64,000 bases of DNA from Verrucomicrobiota bacterium (GCA_028872915.1 JAGWNY010000004.1:13137-77136); one strand, 5' to 3'; positions 52,991-62,798 are shown, numbered from the stretch's first letter. A program made the numbers and translations. The notes: generated from the letters alone by a model not told the origin.

Positions 52991-53851
52991 ATGACGCGCG
53001 AACAATTTCTTCAGAAGCTTCAGGCGCACGCGGCAACATTCGGAAAGGCAGTGGCCACGAATGAAGGCGACTGGATTATCAAAGGGTTCATTGACGTCTA
53101 TCGCCGTATTTACACGATTTCAGTGGACACCAAAATCGTCTCGAAGGTGCTCGAATTGCTGCTGTTTCCGATGTTTGTCGAGTTTGCAAAAGCGAACCAC
53201 CTGAAAATTGATTTGTGTCCGCAGCAGAATTTTTATCCCGACCTGACGTTCACGCATGAGCCGACGGGCCTTAAATTTGCCGTGGACATCAAGAGCACGT
53301 ATCGCACCGGCGACACCGAGGCAAACGGCATGACCCTCGGCGCGTTCACCGGCTATTTCAGAAAACGCGACAGCAGCAAGAACACGCTTTTCCCTTACAG
53401 CCAGTATGCCGGGCATTTTGTGCCCGGCGTTATTTACTCCAAGTGCGATGACGCCGCCGACGAGCGCAAGCAGTTCACCCTCGACGACCTGCCCAAGATT
53501 CCATCCGTCATCAAAAACTTCCAATTCTTCGCACAGCCGAAATATCGCATCGGCTCGTCGCGGCCGGGCAGCGGAAACACGAAGAACATCGGTTCCGTGA
53601 CGAAAATCGAGCAACTGGTCAACGGGACCGGGCCGTTCACGGCCCTGGGCGAGGAAATTTACGACGATTATTGGATGTTTTATTTGACACGCGACATGGC
53701 CAGGGAATTGTCCATCGAAAGGCCATATACCGATTTGAAAAGCTATCTCGAGTACAAAAAGCGCGGCGTGGACAAACTGCGCGCCCACGAAAGGGAAATC
53801 GCCCGGCTCGCCGAAGATGAGGCCGGCCCGGCCGAGGAGGAAAGTGAATGA
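52991..53851 (+). CDS. EcoRV-family type II restriction endonuclease
   Basis: Colinear with my recollection of R.EcoRV: FYPDLTF (PD at 53237-53242), FAVDIKSTY (D-I-K at 53285-53293), LFPYSQYAGHF, GSGNTKNIGS, DDYWMFY. ATG at 52991 is preferred to the track start at 52880. Confidence 0.8.
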   Translation: MTREQFLQKLQAHAATFGKAVATNEGDWIIKGFIDVYRRIYTISVDTKIVSKVLELLLFPMFVEFAKANHLKIDLCPQQNFYPDLTFTHEPTGLKFAVDIKSTYRTGDTEANGMTLGAFTGYFRKRDSSKNTLFPYSQYAGHFVPGVIYSKCDDAADERKQFTLDDLPKIPSVIKNFQFFAQPKYRIGSSRPGSGNTKNIGSVTKIEQLVNGTGPFTALGEEIYDDYWMFYLTRDMARELSIERPYTDLKSYLEYKKRGVDKLRAHEREIARLAEDEAGPAEEESE

Positions 53852-54783
53852 ATCCGCCTCCGCTCATCCCTCCGCTCAAATGCCAGGGCATCAAGACGAG
53901 GCTAACGGGTGAAATCCAGCGGCTGGCCCAAGCGCGGGAATTTGACCGTTGGGTGGAACCGTTTTGCGGTTCATGCGTTGTCGCGCTCAACGTCCAGCCT
54001 AAACGCGCGCTACTGGCCGATTCCAATGTCCACATCATCCGGCTCTACCAGGAAATTCAGCGTGGCGAACTGACGCCCGCGCTTGCCAAAGCGTTCCTCG
54101 TGGAGGAAGGCGAAAGATTGCGAATCGGTGGCGAGTCGCACTATTACGGGGTGCGCGAGCGATTTAACATCCGGCCCAGTTCGCTTGATTTCCTTTTTCT
54201 TAACCGCTCCTGTTTCAACGGCGTGATGCGGTTTAATCGTCGCGGAAAATTTAATGTTCCATACGGCCACAAGCCGGAGCGATTCGCTCAAGCTTACATC
54301 ACCAAGATCACAAATCAAATCCGTCGCATATCTGAAGCCATTTCCGCCTGCGACTGGACGTTCGTCGCCGCCGATTTTCGGCAGACATTGGCATCCGCTC
54401 AATCGGGCGATTTGGTCTATGCAGACCCACCTTACGCGGGTCGTCACGTGGACTATTTCAATTCGTGGTCTGAAACCGACGAAGCGGAACTCGGGGACCT
54501 CCTCAAACAGCTTCCCGGCCGCTTCATCCTTTCGACATGGCACAGCAACGAATTCAGAACGAACGCCACGATTGAGCGCCATTGGAACGACCCGCGTTTC
54601 CACCTGCTGACCCGGGAACATTTTTACCACGTCGGTTCCACGGAAGATTTACGTCATCCGATGGTTGAAGCTCTCATCACCAATTTTCCAGTCGGTCCGC
54701 AAGCGGAGGAGGTTGAAGCGAAGGAACAAATGGCTTTCTTTGAAACCACCGCCCCTCATGACAGCGCTCCTGCCCCTCGATAG
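53848..54783 (+). CDS. Dam/M.EcoRV-type N6-adenine DNA methyltransferase
   Basis: 311 aa. KCQGIKTRL, EPFCGSCVV (FxGxG-like), NRSCFNGVMRFN, ADPPY (DPPY at 54424-54435). ATGA overlap with the endonuclease stop. Confidence 0.8.
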   Translation: MNPPPLIPPLKCQGIKTRLTGEIQRLAQAREFDRWVEPFCGSCVVALNVQPKRALLADSNVHIIRLYQEIQRGELTPALAKAFLVEEGERLRIGGESHYYGVRERFNIRPSSLDFLFLNRSCFNGVMRFNRRGKFNVPYGHKPERFAQAYITKITNQIRRISEAISACDWTFVAADFRQTLASAQSGDLVYADPPYAGRHVDYFNSWSETDEAELGDLLKQLPGRFILSTWHSNEFRTNATIERHWNDPRFHLLTREHFYHVGSTEDLRHPMVEALITNFPVGPQAEEVEAKEQMAFFETTAPHDSAPAPR

Positions 54784-54974
54784 CACGACAGAAATGTCGG
54801 GACAAGTTATTTGTTCTCCGCCCCCCTGATTTCTTCAAGCCACATAAGGCTGTCCGGCACCTTTGCCCAGGAATAGGTTCCTTTGGCGATGGCCGCTTCC
54901 ACGTGAGTGGCCCGGCAATGGCGTTGACCTGTGGTTTCAAAGCCGGATTTTATCCGCAGATTGGGGCAGATTTT

Positions 54975-55420
54975 TTCGGGGCGTGAAGAGGAGGACGAGG
55001 GGATTTTGGACAGGATGGACAGGATGGACAGGATGATTTCACCGCAGAGGCACGGAGGACAGGGAGAGAGGCGGTGTTGCTGACGGGGCGTCAGCAACGG
55101 CGCCCGTGGGTGGGCGCGGTACCGGGGGATCACGGAGGGGGGTTTTAGACAGGATTAACAGGATGGACGGGATGAAGAACAAAGGCGGAACAATTCAGCC
55201 GCGGATTTTTTGATGAAAGCGGTGTTGCTGACGGGGCGCCAGCAACGGCGCCCGTGGGCGGGCGCGGTACCGGGGGATCACGGAGGGGGATTTTGGACAG
55301 GATGACGGGATGGACAGGATGAAAGACAATGGCGGAATAATTCAGCCGCGGATTTGGAGGGGGAAGGCGGTGTTGCTGACGGGGCGTCAGCAACGGCGCC
55401 CGTGGGCGGGCGCGATACCG
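54975..55420. repeat. twin-hairpin modular repeat, 3 copies (forward)
   Basis: Cores at 55073-55123, 55221-55271 and 55369-55419, interleaved with GGACAGGATG units and GGCGGAA(C/T)AATTCAGCCGCGGATTT modules. Confidence 0.9.
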
Positions 55421-55425
55421 ATGGT

Positions 55426-56103
55426 TCAATTCAGGGAGAGGTCTTCCGGCATTTCGGCGAGCAATTTGTTTTTCCAGCCGCCCTTGCCGGACAAAATTTT
55501 GCGCCAAAGCTGACGGGGAGGAACATCAAAGACGAGTTCGAGGGAGGCGGGGAATGAAAGCCAGGACTTGTGCTTGATTTCCTCTTCAAGCTGGCCGGGA
55601 CTCCAGCCGGCGTAGCCGGCGAACATACGGACTTTTTTGGCGGGGGAAAAGGATTCGCCGACATCCACGAGTTCATCGAGGGAATGGCCCAGGGCGAGGT
55701 TGGGCATGACTTCGGCGTCGGGAAGGAAGGCGTCGGTGTGCAAGAAGCTCAGGGCGGCGGGTTGGACGGGGCCGCCGAGGAACAGGGGGGCTTCCTTGAG
55801 GGCGTCGGGGAGGTCGGCGACGATCATTTCGCCGACGGTTTTGCCGATCTCGCGGTTGAGGACGAGGCCAAAGGCGCCCTCGGAATTGTGCTGGCAGACG
55901 AGGATGACGGTGTGCTGGAAAAAAGAGCCGGTCAATTTGCCGCTGTCCAGCAGCAAGCGGCCTTTGAGAATTTTTCCGATTGCGCTCACCGGACATAATG
56001 TGCCCCAGGTCGGGGCCGTTGGCAAATGGCAAGGGAATGGGCGCATCGGCAAGAAATTACAAGGATTTGACTTTTTTGACGATGGCGGCGGCGTCAATGC
56101 CAA
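55426..56103 (-). CDS. YqgE/AlgH-family (UPF0301) protein
   Basis: LLLDSGKLTGSFFQHTVILVCQHNSEGAFGLVLNR...FLGGPV...GYAGWSPGQLEEEI. The track start overlaps tkt by 47 nt; ATG at 56046 is more likely. Confidence 0.75.
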   Translation of the reverse strand: MALTPPPSSKKSNPCNFLPMRPFPCHLPTAPTWGTLCPVSAIGKILKGRLLLDSGKLTGSFFQHTVILVCQHNSEGAFGLVLNREIGKTVGEMIVADLPDALKEAPLFLGGPVQPAALSFLHTDAFLPDAEVMPNLALGHSLDELVDVGESFSPAKKVRMFAGYAGWSPGQLEEEIKHKSWLSFPASLELVFDVPPRQLWRKILSGKGGWKNKLLAEMPEDLSLN

Positions 56104-57892
56104 AATGGGCGAGCAATTCCACGGCCTTGCCGGAGCGCGGGAGGGAGGCGACGGCCAGTTTATGGACTTTGACGCCTTCGACGCTCAATTCGCCGGCGAC
56201 GGCGTCGCCCAAGCCGCCTTCGGGATAATGGTCTTCGACAGTGATGACGGTGTGGTTTGTTTTTTTGGCGGCAGCCAGGATGTCGGCCCTGGCGAGGGGT
56301 TTGATGCTGTAGGCGTCAATGACGGTAATGCCGATGCCTTCATTTTTGAGGGCGTCGGCGGCCTTGAGAGCCTCGCAGAGAGTGACGCCGGCGGCGACGA
56401 CGGTGGCCTTGTCGCCGGGGTTCTGGCGCAGGGTCTTGGCGCCGCCGACGGGAAATTTTTCATCGTTTTGATAGATGACGGGCGTTTTGGGGCGGGAGGT
56501 GCGGAGGAAATAGATGCCGCGGCCGAGGGCCATTTGCTCGACGAGTTTTTCGGCGGCGACGGCGTCGGCGGGATATAAAACGGTGCTGCCGGCAATGGCG
56601 CGCATGAGGGCGAGGTCTTCGAGGCCCATCTGGGAGGGGCCGTCCTCGCCAATGCTGACGCCGACGTGGGAGCCGGCGAGCTTGAGATTGGCGCGGGAGA
56701 TGCCGGCAACGCGCAATTGGTCGCCGGCGCGGGTGAAGAAGGCGGCGAAGGCGGAGGCGAAGGGGACTTTGCCGCGGGTTCCAAAGCCGGTGGCGACGCC
56801 GATGAGGTTTTGCTCGGCGATGAAACACTCGGTGAAGCGGTTGGGAAATTTTTTGAGGAATTTGTCGGAGAAAGTGGAATTTTTTGTGTCGCCGTCCATG
56901 GCGACGACGCGATGGTCCACCTCGCCGACGCGGGCGAGGGCGTTGCCGTAGGCTTCGCGGGTGGCAACGGAATCGCCGATATTGTAATTGAGGGGCGGGT
57001 AGCTTTCCGGCGGGGTGTTTTTGGGTTCGGGCAATTGCGCAGGGGGCGCGATGGGAACGCCGACGCCGGAACGGGAGGTGGGCTGAAGCTCGGCGACGGC
57101 CCTGGCGGCTTCGTCCTTGTTGAGGGGTTTGCCGTGCCAGCCGTCCTTGTCCTGAAGGAAGGAGACGCCGGCGCCTTTGTAGGTTTTGGCAATAATGGCG
57201 AGGGGCTTGTCGTCGAGGCGGACGCCGTTCAGGACCTCGACGATTTCCTCGATATCGTGACCATCAATGACTTCGACGCGCCAGCCGAAGGCGTCAAAGC
57301 GTTTGGCATAGACGGCGGTATCGTGGCCGAAGGCGGTGGCCTGGCTTTGGCCGAGGCGGTTGTCATCAACGATGGCGATGAGGTTGTTGAGTTTGTAAAT
57401 GCCTGCGAAGGAAGCGGCCTCCCAGACGGAGCCTTCGGCGATTTCGCCGTCGCCAAGGAGGACGTAGGTATTGTAATCCAATTGATCGAGGCGGGCGGCC
57501 AAGGCCATGCCCGCGCCGACGCTGAGACCCTGGCCGAGGGAGCCGGTGGCGACGTCAACGAAGGGCAGGCGTGGAGTGGGATGGCCTTCGAGGTCGCTGT
57601 CAAAGGCGCGGAGTTTGGCCAAATCGCCGGCGGGGATCAGGCCGGTTTCGGCCCAGGCGGCGTAAAGGAGCGGGGCGGCGTGGCCCTTGGAGAGGATGAA
57701 ACGGTCATTGTTATAGTAATGGGGGTCCTTGGGATTGAATTTCATGTGGCCGAAGAAGAGGGTGGCCACGAGGTCGGCAGCGGAACAACAGGAGGTGGGA
57801 TGGCCGCTGCCGGCGGCGGTGGTGGCATTGATGGAATGAATGCGCAGTTGGTTGGCGACGCCCTTTAAAAGTTCAATATCAATCTCGATCAT
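56057..57892 (-). CDS. tkt: transketolase (short, ~610-aa form)
   Basis: SGHPTSCCSAADL, ILSKGHAAPLLYA, LGQGLSVGAGMA, LGDGEIAEGSVWEA, FIAEQN, and the C-terminal domain ...VTVEDH. Confidence 0.9.
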   Translation of the reverse strand: MIEIDIELLKGVANQLRIHSINATTAAGSGHPTSCCSAADLVATLFFGHMKFNPKDPHYYNNDRFILSKGHAAPLLYAAWAETGLIPAGDLAKLRAFDSDLEGHPTPRLPFVDVATGSLGQGLSVGAGMALAARLDQLDYNTYVLLGDGEIAEGSVWEAASFAGIYKLNNLIAIVDDNRLGQSQATAFGHDTAVYAKRFDAFGWRVEVIDGHDIEEIVEVLNGVRLDDKPLAIIAKTYKGAGVSFLQDKDGWHGKPLNKDEAARAVAELQPTSRSGVGVPIAPPAQLPEPKNTPPESYPPLNYNIGDSVATREAYGNALARVGEVDHRVVAMDGDTKNSTFSDKFLKKFPNRFTECFIAEQNLIGVATGFGTRGKVPFASAFAAFFTRAGDQLRVAGISRANLKLAGSHVGVSIGEDGPSQMGLEDLALMRAIAGSTVLYPADAVAAEKLVEQMALGRGIYFLRTSRPKTPVIYQNDEKFPVGGAKTLRQNPGDKATVVAAGVTLCEALKAADALKNEGIGITVIDAYSIKPLARADILAAAKKTNHTVITVEDHYPEGGLGDAVAGELSVEGVKVHKLAVASLPRSGKAVELLAHFGIDAAAIVKKVKSL

Positions 57893-57936
57893 GGAGCGGC
57901 CAGTTTACGGTAGAAACGGCGGAAGCCAAGATGAAA

Positions 57937-58548
57937 TTATTGGGACTGGGGCAGGACGTGGCCCGGAATGGAACAAGCGGGGGGATCGCCGACGGCGCCG
58001 ACGGCGTAGGAGCCGCCGGCCGGACAGGCGGGGAAGACGCCGTTGGGGAGGTAGGGGAGCAAATCGTCCTCGGTGGGCACGTCGGCGAGGTTTTTATGAT
58101 TTTGAAGGGCCCAAGCGGCCTTGGCGATTTGAATTTCGCGGAGATTGGCGATGCAGGCGGCCTGTTCCTGCAAGGCCAATTTGTCGGAGCCCTGCTGGAA
58201 TTGATCGAGTTGCTGTTGTTGCTGGTCCAACATGTCGCGGGCGGCGGCGGCGTAGCGGGCGAGGGCATGGTTGGTCTGGCGCAATTGCTCGTTCTGGGAT
58301 TCCAGGGCGGCGAGTTTTTGGGCAAGGTTCTTGTAATCGGCGCGCAAGGTGGAGTTGCCTTCGAGCTGGGCGGCGGAATTGGCGGCTTTGAGGGTGTTCA
58401 AGGCGGCGCTGGCCTGCTGGGCGTCGTGCTGGGCCTGGCTCATGCGCGCCAGGGCGGCCTGCTTTTGCTGGTTGGCGAGAAACAAGAGCACTTCGCTGAC
58501 CAGCAACGCGAGGAGGCAGACGGCCAGGAAGGCATCTTTGAGTTTCAC
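57937..58548 (-). CDS. membrane-anchored coiled-coil protein, unknown function
   Basis: 203 aa. N-terminal TM helix, a Q/A-rich coiled coil, and a Cys-containing C-terminal module (ACIANLREIQIAKAAWAL...CPAGGSY...PPACSIPGH). Confidence 0.5.
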   Translation of the reverse strand: MKLKDAFLAVCLLALLVSEVLLFLANQQKQAALARMSQAQHDAQQASAALNTLKAANSAAQLEGNSTLRADYKNLAQKLAALESQNEQLRQTNHALARYAAAARDMLDQQQQQLDQFQQGSDKLALQEQAACIANLREIQIAKAAWALQNHKNLADVPTEDDLLPYLPNGVFPACPAGGSYAVGAVGDPPACSIPGHVLPQSQ

Positions 58549-58646
58549 GGCAAGGTTTTTTCTCTTTTTTCCGGCCCGGCGTCAACCCGAAATGTTTCGT
58601 GAAATTCTTGATTCGGGGGTGGAATGAGGGAATCCTGCGGTGACCT

Positions 58647-60233
58647 ATGGAACTGCACGGGAAAAGCATTTTGGGCGGGAAAACGGCCGCGTCACGCGGT
58701 TCGAGGGTTTTTTTCGGCGTTGCGGCGGCCACGGGGGAGAAGCTGGGGCCGGAGTTTCACGAGGCGACGGCGGCGGAGGCGGACGAGGCAATGACTTTGG
58801 CTGAGAACGCGTTCCACGAGTACGCCGCCCTGGGGCCGGAGCGGCGGGCGGAATTTTTGGAACGGGCGGCGGCGGAAATCGCGGGACTGGGGGGCGCGCT
58901 GCTGGAGCGCGCGCAGGCGGAAACGGCGCTGCCGGAAGCGCGGCTGGCTGGCGAACGCGCGCGGACGGTGAACCAGTTGAACATGTTCGCGCAGATGATC
59001 CGGGAGGGTTCGTGGGTGGAAGCGACGATTGACCGGGGCGCACCGGAGCGGAAGCCCGTTGCGAAGCCGGATTTGCGGCGGATGCTTTTTCCGCTGGGGC
59101 CGGTGGTGGTTTTTGGGGCGAGCAATTTTCCGCTGGCGTATTCGGTGGCGGGGGGAGACACGGCCTCGGCGCTGGCAGCGGGTTGTCCGGTGGTGGTGAA
59201 GGGGCATTGGGGGCATCCGGGGACATCGGAAATGGTGGCGCGGGCAATCGTGGCAGCGGCGGAAGCCACAAAGATGCCGGCGGGAATTTTTTCGATGGCG
59301 CAGGGGGCGAGCAATGAGATTGGAGAACGACTGGTGCTGCATCCGGCGGCCAAAGCGGCGGGTTTTACGGGGTCTTTGCAAGGGGGACGGGCGCTTTATA
59401 ACGCGGCGGCGACGCGCCCGGAGCCCATTCCGGTATTCGCGGAGATGGGAAGCACGAACCCGGTTTTTTTTCTGCCGGGGGCGCTGAAAAAGAACTGGGC
59501 GGCGCTTGCGGAAGCGTTTGTGCAATCGTTTACGGCGGGGGTGGGACAATTTTGCACGAATCCGGGCATCGCCATCGGCCGCGAGGGGGAGGAATGGCGG
59601 GCGTTTATCGAGCAGACGGCGCGGCTGGCGGGGGCGGTGGCGCCGGGGGTGATGCTGCATCGGGGCATTTACGAAAAATTCCGAAGCGGCACCGGACGGT
59701 TTCGACAAACGCGCGGCGTGGGCGTGGCTGGAAAATGGGGAGGCGAGGCGGAGGGCCGGGCGGCGGCGGCGGTCTTTACGACGGACGCAAAAACGTTCGC
59801 CGGCGAGGGAACGCTGAGCGAGGAATTATTCGGGCCTTCGACGCTGGCGGTCAGTTGCGGCACGGCGGCGGAGCTTGAGGCCGTGGCGCGGTCTCTGCAC
59901 GGACAATTGACGGCGAGCATTCACGGGACGGAGGAGGACCTGGACCGGCACAAGAAGCTGGCGGGCATCCTGCGCGAAAAAGCGGGCCGCCTGATTTTCA
60001 ACGGATTTCCGACGGGAGTGGAAGTTTGCGCCGCCATGCAGCACGGGGGGCCGTATCCGGCCACGACGGATACGCGGACGACGTCCGTGGGCTATTACGC
60101 GATCAAACGGTTTGCGCGCCCGGTGTGTTTCCAGAATTTTCCCGAAGGGGCGCTGCCGGCGGAATTGCGAAACAGGAATTCGCGGAACATCTGGCGGGTG
60201 GTGGACAACGAAATGACGAAGGCGGATATTTGA
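58647..60233 (+). CDS. aldehyde dehydrogenase, alpha-ketoglutaric semialdehyde (2,5-dioxovalerate) dehydrogenase-like
   Basis: 528 aa. ...GASNFPLAYSVAGGDTASALAAGCPVVVKGH..., FAEMGSTNP, GQFCTNPG (catalytic Cys). The pattern matches KGSADH-type NADP-dependent ALDHs. Confidence 0.7.
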   Translation: MELHGKSILGGKTAASRGSRVFFGVAAATGEKLGPEFHEATAAEADEAMTLAENAFHEYAALGPERRAEFLERAAAEIAGLGGALLERAQAETALPEARLAGERARTVNQLNMFAQMIREGSWVEATIDRGAPERKPVAKPDLRRMLFPLGPVVVFGASNFPLAYSVAGGDTASALAAGCPVVVKGHWGHPGTSEMVARAIVAAAEATKMPAGIFSMAQGASNEIGERLVLHPAAKAAGFTGSLQGGRALYNAAATRPEPIPVFAEMGSTNPVFFLPGALKKNWAALAEAFVQSFTAGVGQFCTNPGIAIGREGEEWRAFIEQTARLAGAVAPGVMLHRGIYEKFRSGTGRFRQTRGVGVAGKWGGEAEGRAAAAVFTTDAKTFAGEGTLSEELFGPSTLAVSCGTAAELEAVARSLHGQLTASIHGTEEDLDRHKKLAGILREKAGRLIFNGFPTGVEVCAAMQHGGPYPATTDTRTTSVGYYAIKRFARPVCFQNFPEGALPAELRNRNSRNIWRVVDNEMTKADI

Positions 60234-60241
60234 GGGCCGGT

Positions 60242-61549
60242 ATGCTGAAAAGCCACGTCCGGTATTTCATTGTTTCGATGCTGTTTTTCGCGAGCAGCAT
60301 CAATTACGCGGATCGCGCGACGCTATCCATCACGAAGAACAGTTTATCGCGGGACCTGGGGCTGGATTCGGTGGGGATGGGATATTTATTTTCGGCGTGG
60401 GCATGGTCGTACGTGGCGGCGCAGATTCCATGCGGTTGGCTTTTGGATCGGTTTGGGTCGAAGCGGGTGTATGGGATTTCGTTTTTTTTGTGGTCCTTTT
60501 TCGTGTTTCTGATGGGGTTTGCGGGATATTTGAGGCCGCACGCGGCGTACGCGGCGCTGTTCATGCTGATGTTTCTGACGGGTTTTTCTTTTGCGCCGAC
60601 GTTTCCGGGCAACGGGCGATTTGTGGCGGCGTGGTTTCCGGCGAGGGAACGGGGGACGGCGTCGGCAATCTTCAACTCATCGCAGTACTTCTCGCTGGTG
60701 TTGTTCGCGCCGTTGATGGGATGGATTGTACACGCCTGGGGGTGGGAGTACGTTTTCTGGCTGATGGGCGCGCTGGGGATGGCGCTGACGCCGGCGTGGT
60801 TTATTTTGGCGCACAGCCCGCGCGGCCATCCGCGGGTGAGCGAAAGCGAGTTGAAGTACGTTGAACAAGGGGGCGGGTTGGTGAACATGGATTTTGGGGC
60901 GAAGAGCGGAACGCATTTTGGGTTGAAATGGGGGCACGTGCGGCAACTGCTGGGCAGCCGGATGCTGATCGGCGTTTACCTGGGGCAGTTCTGCATCACG
61001 ACGCTGACATATTTTTTTGTCCAATGGTTTCCGGGATACCTGTCGCGCGGGGGGATGTCCATGATGAAGGCTGGTTTGATAGTGGCGCTGTCGGCGTTGT
61101 GCGGATGCGTGGGAGGGATTTTGGGGGGTGTTTTTTCGGATTGGCTGCTGCGGCGGGGCCGGACGCTGACGTTCGCGAGGAAACTGCCGATTGTGTTGGG
61201 GATGTTGCTATCGTGTTCGATGATACTGTGCAATTACGCGCCCCGGGGGGCGGAATGGCTGGTGGCGGGCATCATGTGCGCGGCGTTTTTTGGCAAGGGA
61301 TTTGGCGCGCTGGGCTGGACGGTGGTTTCGGACACGTCGCCGAGGGAGATCACGGGCTTGAGCGGGGGATTGTTCAATACGTTTGGGAATACGGCGGCCA
61401 TCACCACGGGGATTGTGATTGGTTACCTGATCAAATGGACGGGCAGTTTTTCGGCGGCGCTGGTGTACGTGGGCGCGTGCGCGGCGGGGGCCATATTCTT
61501 CTATTTGTTCGTCGTGGGCGAAATCAAAAGGCTGGAGTTGACATCTTGA
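60242..61549 (+). CDS. MFS transporter, ACS (hexuronate/aldarate) family
   Basis: ATG at 60242: MLKSHVRYFIVSMLFFASSINYADRATLSI... 12 TM helices. WFPARERGTASAIFNS is reminiscent of ExuT/GudP-type carriers. Confidence 0.7.
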   Translation: MLKSHVRYFIVSMLFFASSINYADRATLSITKNSLSRDLGLDSVGMGYLFSAWAWSYVAAQIPCGWLLDRFGSKRVYGISFFLWSFFVFLMGFAGYLRPHAAYAALFMLMFLTGFSFAPTFPGNGRFVAAWFPARERGTASAIFNSSQYFSLVLFAPLMGWIVHAWGWEYVFWLMGALGMALTPAWFILAHSPRGHPRVSESELKYVEQGGGLVNMDFGAKSGTHFGLKWGHVRQLLGSRMLIGVYLGQFCITTLTYFFVQWFPGYLSRGGMSMMKAGLIVALSALCGCVGGILGGVFSDWLLRRGRTLTFARKLPIVLGMLLSCSMILCNYAPRGAEWLVAGIMCAAFFGKGFGALGWTVVSDTSPREITGLSGGLFNTFGNTAAITTGIVIGYLIKWTGSFSAALVYVGACAAGAIFFYLFVVGEIKRLELTS

Positions 61550-61595
61550 CGCCCGGGCCGCGAGCAGGCACGCTTTCGACGAACCAAAGGCATCC

Positions 61596-62759
61596 ATGAA
61601 AAAATTATTTATTGCCGCGCTGGCCATTGCATTGCCGGCGCTCTGTCCCGCCGCCAGCCTCACCGTGACGGCAGTGAACCCGCTGGCCTTCGCGCGTCCC
61701 AGCCAGACCATCGAACTGACCCGGCAACAACTGGCGCCGCTTGATGAGAAGGATTTGACGAAAATCCACGTCAAGGATTCGACGGGAAAGGAATTGATCG
61801 TGCAGGCCGTGGACGTGGATTACGACGCGTATGAAACGCCGGACATTGTCATTTTTCAGAGCGACTTCGGCCCCAATGAAACCAAGAGCTTCACGGTGAG
61901 GGCCGGCAAGCGGCAGAAGTACAAGCCCTCGGATTACAAGGCCTACGGACGGTTCGTGCGGGAACGGTTCGACGATTTTGCGTGGGAAAACGACTTGATC
62001 GCGCACCGGACGTTTGGGAAGGCGCTGGAAACGTGGAAAGGCGAGCCGCTCACGAGCAGCGCCATTGACATCTGGTCCAAGCTCACGCCCAGGCTGATCA
62101 TCAACGAATGGTATATGATGGGCGACGCGTTTTATCACACGATGACGGACAATGGCGGGGACGATTACACGTCCGGCCCGTCGCGCGGGGACGGCGGCAA
62201 CGGGCTTTGGGCGGGGGACAAGCTATGGCTCTCAAAGAACTTCGTGATGTCGCGGGAACTGGCGAACGGGCCGATCCGGGTGATGTTCGAGTTGGATTAC
62301 GATCCGTTCGACGTGAACGGGAACACCATGGCGGAGACGATGCGGGTGACGCTGGACGCCGGCAGCCAGATGGACCATTACCACGTGACGTTCAAACCGC
62401 AAGGCGCGGCGGGAGGGCTGACGGCGGCGGTGGGACTCAAAAAAGTGAAAGGGGATGAGCCGGACTTTGACGTGGCCGCGGGCGCGCTGGCGATTTGGGA
62501 ACCGATGGAAAAGAAGCGCGGGATGCAGGGCGTGGCTGTAATCGTGGACCCAAAAACGTTTGTCAAAGAGGCGCAGGACAAGCTCAATCATCTTCTGGTC
62601 ATCAAGGCCAGCCCGGACGATTCGGCCGATTATTGGGCGGGGTTCGCGTGGGACAAAGCCGGAAAAATCACCAGCGCCGAGGCCTGGAAGCAGTACGTGC
62701 ATCGGTTTGCGCAAGGCGTGGAATCGCCGATTGAAACGAGTGTTTCCACAAATCCGTAA
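61596..62759 (+). CDS. DUF4861-like secreted protein
   Basis: 387 aa with a signal peptide. Sits next to a GH105-like gene, which is the usual genomic context for this family. The family call is from memory only. Confidence 0.45.
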   Translation: MKKLFIAALAIALPALCPAASLTVTAVNPLAFARPSQTIELTRQQLAPLDEKDLTKIHVKDSTGKELIVQAVDVDYDAYETPDIVIFQSDFGPNETKSFTVRAGKRQKYKPSDYKAYGRFVRERFDDFAWENDLIAHRTFGKALETWKGEPLTSSAIDIWSKLTPRLIINEWYMMGDAFYHTMTDNGGDDYTSGPSRGDGGNGLWAGDKLWLSKNFVMSRELANGPIRVMFELDYDPFDVNGNTMAETMRVTLDAGSQMDHYHVTFKPQGAAGGLTAAVGLKKVKGDEPDFDVAAGALAIWEPMEKKRGMQGVAVIVDPKTFVKEAQDKLNHLLVIKASPDDSADYWAGFAWDKAGKITSAEAWKQYVHRFAQGVESPIETSVSTNP

Positions 62760-62798
62760 CCGCCGGTTCCTGGGAAATCCGGTCAAAGAATGGAATGA

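Noticed and set aside
54807-54960. Possible gene fragment on the minus strand just after the Dam-like methylase (...GQRHCRATHVEAAIAKGTYSWAKVPDSLMWLEEIRGAENK).
   Set aside because: The composition looks protein-like, but I could not match it to any family. It is under 50 codons before it enters repeat sequence. Left unannotated.
52010-55420. Possibility that the repeat arrays are CRISPR arrays.
   Set aside because: The units are ~150 bp modular composites with variable order and no regular short repeat/unique spacer periodicity. The spacers between cores are themselves repeated, and no cas genes are present.
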